This document shows, piece after piece, positions 57,586 through 64,000 of a stretch of 64,000 nucleotides of DNA. Origin of the DNA: Betaproteobacteria bacterium (GTDB taxonomy: Bacteria; Pseudomonadota; Gammaproteobacteria; Burkholderiales; Ga0077523). The translations under genes were made by a program, and so were the position numbers. Positions within the stretch are counted from its first letter, which is position 1; every line of letters starts with the position of its first letter. The notes beneath the pieces are model-generated. The model saw nothing but the letters and a program-made list of their open reading frames with translations, did not search any database and was not told the DNA's origin. The stretch is from NCBI GenBank assembly GCA_037141795.1, contig JBAXBV010000012.1:1987-65986 (forward strand), in the 5' to 3' direction.

Positions 57586-58950
57586 ATGACGGGCCAACGC
57601 GACAGCTGGACAGGACGGGCAGGTTTCATCGCCGCCACGATCGGTTCGGCCGTCGGGCTGGGCAGCATCTGGAAGTTTCCCTACGAGGTCGGGGCCAACG
57701 GTGGCAGCGCCTTCCTGCTCTTCTACGGGCTGGGACTGGTGCTCATCGTGGTGCCGCTGCTGTTCGCCGAGTTCGCCATCGGGCGCCGCGGGCAGGGCGA
57801 TCCGGCCGTCAGCATCGGCGCCATTGCCGCCGCGCGGGGGGCCGGGCGCGGCTGGGCCCTGGCCGGCACGGCCGGCGTGGTCACCGGGTTTCTCATCCTC
57901 AGCTATTACGCGGTGATCGGGGGCTGGACGCTGGGCTATGTGTTCGACACCGTGCGCAGCGGGCTCCCCGACGCGGTGCCGGGCGCTGCGCAGCGGCGGT
58001 TCGACGCCTTCCTGGCGTCGCCCTGGCGGCTCGGCGTCTTCCATGCGATCTTCCTGATCGCGACGGCCCTGGTCGTTGCCCGGGGCGTGGTCGCGGGCAT
58101 CGAGAAGGCCTCGAAGGTCCTGATGCCCCTGCTCGCGGTCCTGATGGTGCTGCTGGCCGTCTACGCGATGGCGGTGGGCGACCTGCGGCGTACCGCCGAC
58201 TTCCTGCTGCGGCTGGACCCGGCTCACCTCACGGCCCGGGCCGCGCTCGACGCGCTGGGCCTCGGGTTCTTCTCCATAGGCGTCGGACTTGGTCTCATGA
58301 TCACCTATGCGGCCTACGGGGGCGCTTCGATCGACCTGAAGCAGGTGGCCCTCGTCTCGGTCGCCGGCGACACGGCGATCTCCCTGCTGGCGGGGCTCGC
58401 GGTGTTCCCGATCGTGTTCGCCAATGGGCTCGATCCGGCTGGCGGTCCGGGTCTCGTGTTCGTGACGCTGCCCCTTGCCTTTGCCCGGATGCCCCTGGGC
58501 TCCGTGGCGGCTGTCGCCTTTTTCCTGCTGCTGTTCGTCGCGGCCCTGGCGTCGGCCATCTCCATGCTGGAACTTGCCGTGGCGCTCGTCACGCGCCGCC
58601 TGGGCTGGTCCCGGGGGCGGGCCAGCGCGGTCGTGGCGGTGGTCTGCTTCGTGGCGGGTGTGGCGTCGAACCTGTCCTTCAACCTCTGGGCCCACTGGCA
58701 CCCGCTGGGCGCCGTGACCGCCTTCCGCGACGCGACCGTCTTCGACCTGCTGGACTTCGCCACATCCGATGTCCTGCTCCCCGCCTGCGGCTTCGCCCTC
58801 GCCCTGTTCGCCGGCTGGGTGATGCCGCTCGAGGCGCTGGCCGGCGAGCTCCGGCTCGGTCCCGTCGCTGCTCGCGTGCTGCAGACCGGCCTGCGCTATC
58901 TCGTTCCGGGCGCCATCGCCGCGACGGCGCTGGCGCCGCTCGTGGCATGA
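57586..58950 (+). CDS. Sodium-dependent transporter, NSS (SNF) family
   Basis: Track ORF 57562..58950. MTGQRDSWTGRAGFIAATIGSAVGLGSIWKFPY is the canonical NSS N-terminus. About 11-12 TM segments. Confidence 0.85.
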   Translation: MTGQRDSWTGRAGFIAATIGSAVGLGSIWKFPYEVGANGGSAFLLFYGLGLVLIVVPLLFAEFAIGRRGQGDPAVSIGAIAAARGAGRGWALAGTAGVVTGFLILSYYAVIGGWTLGYVFDTVRSGLPDAVPGAAQRRFDAFLASPWRLGVFHAIFLIATALVVARGVVAGIEKASKVLMPLLAVLMVLLAVYAMAVGDLRRTADFLLRLDPAHLTARAALDALGLGFFSIGVGLGLMITYAAYGGASIDLKQVALVSVAGDTAISLLAGLAVFPIVFANGLDPAGGPGLVFVTLPLAFARMPLGSVAAVAFFLLLFVAALASAISMLELAVALVTRRLGWSRGRASAVVAVVCFVAGVASNLSFNLWAHWHPLGAVTAFRDATVFDLLDFATSDVLLPACGFALALFAGWVMPLEALAGELRLGPVAARVLQTGLRYLVPGAIAATALAPLVA

Positions 58951-59549
58951 ATTCCGTCGGCATCAGTCCGCGGGCCGGGTTCGATCTCGCCTGCCATCCC
59001 ACCACCCCGCTGCCGGCCGTGCGCAGCCTGCGGGTGAGCCCGGTCCTGTCCGCGGACGGCGTGCTGCGGCTCGACTACCACCTGGCCGGCGATTTGCCGG
59101 CCCTGCGTATCCCGCCGGCCGCCGCGGCCCGGGCAGCCGATGGGCTCTGGCGGCACACCTGCTTCGAGGCCTTTCTGCTCCCGCAGGACGGGCCCGGGTA
59201 CGTGGAACTGAATCTTTCGCCGTCCGGCGAATGGGCGGTCTACGCCTTCGACGCGTACAGGGTCCGCACTGACTGGCAGGCGGAACAGGGGCCAGCCATC
59301 GAGCCATCCCTGGCGGCGGACGCGCTGCGTCTGTCGGCGCGCGTGCGTCCGGATGCCCTGCCTCCGTCGTGCCGGGTGCCGCGCCTGCGGCTTGCGGTGG
59401 CCGCCGTGGTCGAGGCCGCCAGCGGCGCGCTGTCGTACTGGGCACTGCGCCACCCCGGGGCAGCGCCGGACTTCCACCATCCGGCGTCCTTCGTGCTCGA
59501 TCTCGATCGGGCAGGGGACGCCCGACTCACCACAGGACATTCCCCTTGA
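58947..59549 (+). CDS. Hypothetical protein, DOMON/CBM9-like (tentative)
   Basis: 200 aa. WRHTCFEAFLLPQDGPGYVELNLSPSGEWAVYAFD resembles the CBM9/DOMON-like core. Overlaps both neighbours by 4 nt. Confidence 0.5.
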   Translation: MNSVGISPRAGFDLACHPTTPLPAVRSLRVSPVLSADGVLRLDYHLAGDLPALRIPPAAAARAADGLWRHTCFEAFLLPQDGPGYVELNLSPSGEWAVYAFDAYRVRTDWQAEQGPAIEPSLAADALRLSARVRPDALPPSCRVPRLRLAVAAVVEAASGALSYWALRHPGAAPDFHHPASFVLDLDRAGDARLTTGHSP

Positions 59550-60766
59550 GATTCGGCATCGATCGCTTGCTCGAAGACCGGACCCTGCGCCGGGCCCTGC
59601 AGGGCCGGGCCGTGGGCCTGCTCGCCCACCCCGCCTCCGTCACGCGCGAACTCGTCCACTCGCTGGACGCGCTCGCCGCCCTCGGGGACGTGCGCCTCAC
59701 CGCGGCGTTCGGTCCCCAGCACGGCCTGCGCGGCGACAAGCAGGACAACATGGTGGAGTCGCCCGATTTCGTCGACCCCGTCCACGGCATCCCCGTCTTC
59801 AGCCTCTACGGCGAGGTGCGTCGGCCCACGCCGGCCATGATGGATGCGTGCGACGTCCTGCTCGTGGACCTGCAGGACCTCGGCTGCCGCATCTACACCT
59901 TCGTGACCACCCTGCGCTATGTCCTCGAGGCTGCTGCCGCCCGCGGCCGCAGCGTGTGGGTGCTGGACCGGCCCAATCCTGCCGGTCGGCCCGTGGAGGG
60001 GCTGCGCCTGCGGCCGGGCTGGGAGAGTTTCGTGGGGGCCGGTCCGATGCCCATGCGGCACGGTCTCACCATGGGCGAGCTGGCCCTGTGGTTTGTCCGC
60101 ACCCTGAAGCTCGACGTGGATTGCCGGGTGGTGGAGATGGACGGTTGGGACCCCGCCGCCGCGCCGGGCCACGGCTGGCCTCTGGGCGAGCGGACGTGGG
60201 TCAACCCGAGCCCGAACGCGCCCAATCTCTGGATGGCCAGGTGCTATGCCGGCACCGTGATGCTGGAGGGCACCACGCTGTCCGAGGGGCGGGGCACGAC
60301 CCGGCCCCTCGAGCTGTTCGGCGCCCCGGGCCTGGATGCGCGGGCGTGGATCGCGGCCATGGGGGACCTGGCGCCATCCTGGCTCGCGGGCTGCCGGTTG
60401 CGCGAGATCTGGTTCGAGCCCACCTTCCACAAGCACTCGGGCGAACTGTGCGCGGGCGTGCAGATCCACGTGGAGGACGGCGCTTACGACCACTTGGCCT
60501 TCCGGCCCTGGCGCCTGCAGGCCGCCGCCTTCAAGGCCCTGCGCCGGCTGCGGCCCGACTATCCCCTCTGGCGGGATTTTCCCTACGAATACGAGCGCGA
60601 CCGCCTGGCCATCGACCTCATCAACGGCAGCGAACTCCTGCGCCAGTGGGTCGATGATCCGGAGGCCACGGCCGCAGACCTCGATGCCCTCGCGCGCTCC
60701 GACGAGGCGGCGTGGGACGCCGAGCGTCGCGAGGTGCTGCTCTATCCCGGCTCCGGGGGCGGCTGA
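59546..60766 (+). CDS. DUF1343 family protein (exo-beta-N-acetylmuramidase NamZ-like)
   Basis: In-frame tail of ORF 59369..60766. The TTG start overlaps the upstream stop (TTGA). RFGIDRLLED...GLLAHPASV...FGPQHG...DLQDLGCRIYT...DRPNP is typical of DUF1343. Confidence 0.75.
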   Translation: MRFGIDRLLEDRTLRRALQGRAVGLLAHPASVTRELVHSLDALAALGDVRLTAAFGPQHGLRGDKQDNMVESPDFVDPVHGIPVFSLYGEVRRPTPAMMDACDVLLVDLQDLGCRIYTFVTTLRYVLEAAAARGRSVWVLDRPNPAGRPVEGLRLRPGWESFVGAGPMPMRHGLTMGELALWFVRTLKLDVDCRVVEMDGWDPAAAPGHGWPLGERTWVNPSPNAPNLWMARCYAGTVMLEGTTLSEGRGTTRPLELFGAPGLDARAWIAAMGDLAPSWLAGCRLREIWFEPTFHKHSGELCAGVQIHVEDGAYDHLAFRPWRLQAAAFKALRRLRPDYPLWRDFPYEYERDRLAIDLINGSELLRQWVDDPEATAADLDALARSDEAAWDAERREVLLYPGSGGG

Positions 60767-60777
60767 CACCGGGAGTC

Positions 60778-60788
60778 GGGGGGGGGGG
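60778..60788. repeat. Homopolymeric G11 tract (intergenic)
   Basis: Counted directly and cross-checked against the GGGG run in track ORF 60712..60993. Confidence 0.9.
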
Positions 60789-60801
60789 CGCGCGCCGGAG
60801 C

Positions 60802-60830
60802 GTGTCACGAAACCGTGACCTGACTGCAAC
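60802..60830 (+). promoter_or_regulatory. Pho-box-like 11-bp periodic repeats (GTGTCAC-gaaa-CCGTGAC-ctga-CTGCAAC)
   Basis: Three 7-mers resembling CTGTCAT/C at 11-bp phasing, 58 nt upstream of the phosphoesterase start. Matches are partial (4-5 of 7). Confidence 0.25.
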
Positions 60831-60887
60831 ACGGCTGACGTATCGGCTGCGCATCATCCGGGCGGTTCTTCCCCCGGTGAATGTCGC

Positions 60888-61709
60888 TTGTCGGACGAAA
60901 GTCTCCCAACCCTGCGGTTCCGGTCCATCTGGATCTCGGATGTGCACCTCGGCACGGCGACGTGCCAGGCGGGGCGCCTGCTCGATTTCCTGAAGCACAC
61001 GGAATCCACCTTCCTCTACCTGGTGGGGGACATCATCGACGGCTGGCAGCTGCGCCGCCGCTGGTACTGGCCCCAGCCCCACAACGACGTGGTACAGAAG
61101 GTCCTGCGAAAGTCGCGCAAGGGCACCCAGGTCACCTACGTGGCGGGCAACCATGACGAAGTCATGCGGCACTTCCTGGGGCTCGCTTTCGGCGGCATCG
61201 ACGTGTGCGACGAGAAGGTCCACGTCACGGCCGACGGGCGCCGCCTGCTGGTGATCCATGGCGACCTGTTCGACGCGGTGGTGCAGCGCGCGCGCTGGCT
61301 CGCGTTCGTCGGGGATCAGCTCTACCTCTTCACGCTCAAGCTCAACCAGTGGATGAACGGCGTCCGCGGCAGGCTCGGGCTGCCCTACTGGTCCCTGTCG
61401 CAGTTCCTGAAGCACAAGGTGAAGAACGCGGTGAGCTACATCTCCGACTTCGAGGGGGCGGTGGCCCACGAGGCGAAGCGGCGCGACTTCCAGGGTGTGG
61501 TGTGCGGGCACATCCACCGGGCCGAGATGCGCGAGATCGACGGCATCCTCTACTGCAATGACGGCGACTGGGTGGAGAGCCTCACGGCCCTGGTGGAGCT
61601 GGAAAGCGGCGAGCTGCGGCTGATCGACTGGAAGGCGATCGAGGCGCTGCGCAACGGTGATCACGCCCCCTTTCACGGAGTCCCCGTTGCGTATCTTGCT
61701 GGCGACTGA
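60888..61709 (+). CDS. LpxH-like metallophosphoesterase, PlcP-type (phospholipase C for lipid remodelling) candidate
   Basis: 273 aa with TTG start. Motifs ISDVHLG, VGDIIDGW, AGNHD, IHGD, GHIH. PQPHNDVVQKVLRKSRKGT is typical of the LpxH-like/PlcP clade as I recall it. Confidence 0.75.
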   Translation: MSDESLPTLRFRSIWISDVHLGTATCQAGRLLDFLKHTESTFLYLVGDIIDGWQLRRRWYWPQPHNDVVQKVLRKSRKGTQVTYVAGNHDEVMRHFLGLAFGGIDVCDEKVHVTADGRRLLVIHGDLFDAVVQRARWLAFVGDQLYLFTLKLNQWMNGVRGRLGLPYWSLSQFLKHKVKNAVSYISDFEGAVAHEAKRRDFQGVVCGHIHRAEMREIDGILYCNDGDWVESLTALVELESGELRLIDWKAIEALRNGDHAPFHGVPVAYLAGD

Positions 61710-62718
61710 CGCCTGGGCGCCCCAGGTCAACGGGGTGGTGAACACCCTGCGCAACACCGTGGACTGGCTGGGACGATTCGGCCACGAGGTGGAGGTGATC
61801 ACGCCCCGGCAGTTCCGCACCGTGCCGATGCCCACGTACCCGGAGATCCGGCTCGCGGTGGCTCCCGGTTCGGTGATCCGGCAACGCATCGAGGCGTTTG
61901 CCCCCGACGCGGTCCACATCTCCACCGAGGGGCCCATCGGACTCGCGGCCCGGCGCTGCTGCCTCGCGCGTGGACTGCGGTTCTCCACCGCCTACCACAC
62001 GCGTTTTCCCGAATACATCAGCGCCCGGACCGGCCTGCCTCCGGGCGCTTTCTATCCCCTGATGCGCTGGTTCCATGGTGCGTCCAGTTCGGTGATGGTG
62101 GGCACGCCCGCGCTGCGGGACGAACTGGAGCAGCGCGGCCTGCGGCGCCTGCGGGACTGGTCCCGCGGGGTGGACACGAGCCGCTTCCACCCCGCGAAGG
62201 ACCGGCGGGCGGAGCCGGGCGGCCCCGTGTTCCTGTACGCGGGCCGCGTCGCCGTGGAGAAGAACATCGAGACCTTCCTGGCACTGGACCTGCCCGGTCG
62301 CAAGGTGGTCGTGGGGGATGGCCCCGCGCGCGAGTCGCTGCAGCGGAAGTTCCCGGCGGTGGAGTTCGCGGGGATGAAGACGGGCGACGAACTCGTGGCT
62401 TTCTACCAGCGGGCGGACGTGTTCGTCTTTCCGAGCCTGACCGACACTTTCGGGCTCGTGATGCTCGAGGCGCTGGCCTGCGGCACGCCGGTGGCGGCCT
62501 TTCCGGTGAGCGGGCCCATCGACGTGATCAAGGACCCCGCGGCCGGCGTGCTGGACGCGGACCTGCGGACCGCCTGCCTGGCCGCGCTGCAACGGGACCG
62601 CGGGGCGGCGCGGGCCTATGCCGAGCGTTTCTCCTGGGAGCGGTGCTCCCGGCAGTTCGAGTCGAACCTCGTGGCGTCGCGGGGGCACTGGCAGCAGGTG
62701 GCCGTTGCCGGAGCCTGA
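61687..62718 (+). CDS. Glycosyltransferase family 4 (GT-B), Agt-like diacylglycerol glycosyltransferase candidate
   Basis: Track ORF 61657..62718. Likely TTG start at 61687 (LRILLATDAW). GRVAVEKNIE and FPSLTDTFGLVMLEALACGTPV (E-x7-E). Overlaps the upstream gene. Confidence 0.8.
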   Translation: MRILLATDAWAPQVNGVVNTLRNTVDWLGRFGHEVEVITPRQFRTVPMPTYPEIRLAVAPGSVIRQRIEAFAPDAVHISTEGPIGLAARRCCLARGLRFSTAYHTRFPEYISARTGLPPGAFYPLMRWFHGASSSVMVGTPALRDELEQRGLRRLRDWSRGVDTSRFHPAKDRRAEPGGPVFLYAGRVAVEKNIETFLALDLPGRKVVVGDGPARESLQRKFPAVEFAGMKTGDELVAFYQRADVFVFPSLTDTFGLVMLEALACGTPVAAFPVSGPIDVIKDPAAGVLDADLRTACLAALQRDRGAARAYAERFSWERCSRQFESNLVASRGHWQQVAVAGA

Positions 62719-63118
62719 GCCCGCGCCCGAGAGCCCGTTCAAGGGTCGCTCGGGTGTCGCCCGGATCGTCCAGGCATTCTTCAACTCCCTGGCCGGTCTC
62801 CAGGACGCCTGGCGGCACGAGAGCGCCTTCCGTCAGGAGTCATTCCTGGCGGCGGCTCTGGTCACCGTGGCGGCTCTCCTGCCCGTGACCCCGGTCGAGC
62901 GGGCGCTGCTGCTCGCCACGCCGTTGCTGGTGCTGGTGGTGGAGTTGCTCAATTCCGGCGTCGAGGCGGCCATCGACCGGATCGGCCTCGACCGGCACGA
63001 CCTGTCCCGCCGCGCAAAGGACCTGGGCAGCGCCGCCGTCCTCGTGACCCTGCTGCTGCTCGCGCTCGTCTGGGGTGTCATCCTGCTGCCGCACGCCATC
63101 GCCCTCGCGGGCGACTGA
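62705..63118 (+). CDS. dgkA: Diacylglycerol kinase
   Basis: Tail of ORF 62618..63118. The TTG start overlaps the GT4 stop. AWRHESAFRQE...VVELLNSGVEAAIDRIG...RAKDLGSAAV aligns with E. coli DgkA. Confidence 0.8.
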   Translation: MPEPEPAPESPFKGRSGVARIVQAFFNSLAGLQDAWRHESAFRQESFLAAALVTVAALLPVTPVERALLLATPLLVLVVELLNSGVEAAIDRIGLDRHDLSRRAKDLGSAAVLVTLLLLALVWGVILLPHAIALAGD

Positions 63119-63554
63119 CGGTCCCGACGCCTCGAGCCGGGGTGTCGCCAGGCCGCGGGAGGCCGGCGGGGAGCGGCGGGCGCCGCCGTGGGATGGGCCG
63201 TCAGGCGGGCCCGCCGGGCCTGCGCACCGGTCGCGGACCCCTGCCCGGCAACCGCCGCACCTCAGCTTCCCGGAAGGGTGCCCACGCCCTGGTGCCCATC
63301 GATCGCCACTCGGCGGCGAGCCGGGGGCCTGCGGTACACTCGTCCGGTCGCATTCTTCGGGTGCATCGACGGCCGCCGGCCGGGCCAGGGTGGTGCGCGC
63401 GTGGTCGTGATCAACGCCGGTTTCCCCGCGGCCAGGCGGTCCCGGCGGTGGTCTGTTCCTTGCGGGTCCACCGGGGTCACACACCCGGATCGAATCGGGT
63501 CCGGGCGAGGGATTCAGGGGGACACCCGCCCGCGGAGAAACAGGGAGAGAAGCC

Positions 63555-64000
63555 ATGGCCATCCTTCACACCGGCGCCGGCGCGCGGGAGTACGTCGCGT
63601 CGGGGCTCGAGGCGCGGGCAGTGCCCTTCACGGACATTCCCGTCATCGATTTCGGGCCCATGGCGGGCCCGGATGCGACCGCGCGGGCCGCTGTTGGAGA
63701 CGCCGTGCGCGAGGCGTGCGTCCGCGTCGGCTTCTTCTACGCCCGGAATCACACGATTCCGGCCCCCGTGATCGACGCGGCCTTCCAGGCCGCGCATGCC
63801 TTCTTCGACCTGCCGCTGGAAGAAAAGCTCGCGGTCGACATCGGCCAGTCCCCGAACCTGCGGGGCTACACGCGGCTGCTGGCCGAGAACACCGATCCGA
63901 CGGCGCGGGGCGACCTGCACGAAGGTTTCGACATCGCGCTCGACCTGCCCGCGGACGATCCCGACGTGCAGGCAGGCGTCTTCGGCTACGGGCCCAACCA
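63555..64000 (+). CDS. 2-oxoglutarate/Fe(II)-dependent oxygenase (isopenicillin N synthase family); N-terminal part only
   Basis: Not in ORF track because it runs off the window. Manual translation after a GGGAGAGA SD gives MAILHTGAGAREYV...IPVIDFGPMAG...VREACVRVGFFYARNH...AFFDLPLEEKL, a DIOX_N-type N-terminus. Confidence 0.75.
   Translation, partial: MAILHTGAGAREYVASGLEARAVPFTDIPVIDFGPMAGPDATARAAVGDAVREACVRVGFFYARNHTIPAPVIDAAFQAAHAFFDLPLEEKLAVDIGQSPNLRGYTRLLAENTDPTARGDLHEGFDIALDLPADDPDVQAGVFGYGPN

Noticed and set aside
60804-60819. Palindrome GTCACG-aaac-CGTGAC as a separate operator or terminator
   Set aside because: It is only 6 bp per arm with no T-tract, and it overlaps the direct-repeat (Pho-box-like) reading of the same bases. 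It is listed only within that low-confidence feature.
62840-63562. 240-aa - strand ORF spanning dgkA and the following gap
   Set aside because: Antisense to dgkA, Pro/Arg/Gly-rich, with no motifs. The 63119-63554 gap otherwise shows no convincing gene.
1-64000. Scan for CRISPR arrays, tRNA/rRNA, IS elements, integrases, phage or defence-system genes, and compositional islands
   Set aside because: I saw none of these: no repeat-spacer periodicity, no transposase or integrase motifs, and no extended low-GC island. The only sizeable repeats are the two inverted riboswitch copies and the paralogous gene pairs (DUF3015 x2, SBP x2, desaturase-like x2, EamA x2, SDR x2).

Overview
High-GC (roughly 68-70%) proteobacterial chromosomal segment. 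The gene repertoire suggests a Betaproteobacterium, but that is inference only. I support about 58 CDSs. I saw no rRNA, tRNA, CRISPR array, transposase or integrase.

Gene content in order:
- truncated LivK-type binding protein
- form-II CoxSML-like molybdoenzyme, with CoxG further on
- LhgO-like flavoenzyme, DUF3025 protein, CBS-domain cystathionine beta-synthase, MFS transporter
- small catabolic cluster: SDR, Zn-ADH, Ldh_2, EamA, RraA-like
- envelope cluster: 2x DUF3015, DUF4105, lipoprotein hydrolase
- PQQ alcohol dehydrogenase plus cytochrome c
- bioBFAD with an operator-like palindrome
- large MalT-like/SARP-type STAND regulator
- EpsD-like PPIase and ManC
- H-NOX plus hybrid histidine kinase
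- 7-gene hydrolase/desaturase cluster: SBP, MBL, isochorismatase-like, creatininase-family, EamA, di-iron desaturase-like, with a divergent MarR-like gene
- PEP-CTERM PhoX-like protein
- guanidine locus
- NSS transporter, DOMON-like protein, DUF1343 protein
- PlcP/LpxH-like phosphoesterase, GT4, DgkA triad
- truncated 2OG oxygenase

The most interesting region is 45.1-57.5 kb. Two inverted guanidine-I (ykkC) riboswitches each sit behind a sigma54 promoter and drive divergent operons. One operon is the known guanidine carboxylase pathway. The other is an SBP plus a membrane di-iron desaturase-like enzyme plus an SDR, for which I know no described guanidine link. That second module has a riboswitch-less paralogue 5 kb upstream, embedded among creatininase, cysteine-hydrolase and MBL genes.

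All functional calls come from motif and family recognition by eye. No searches were run.
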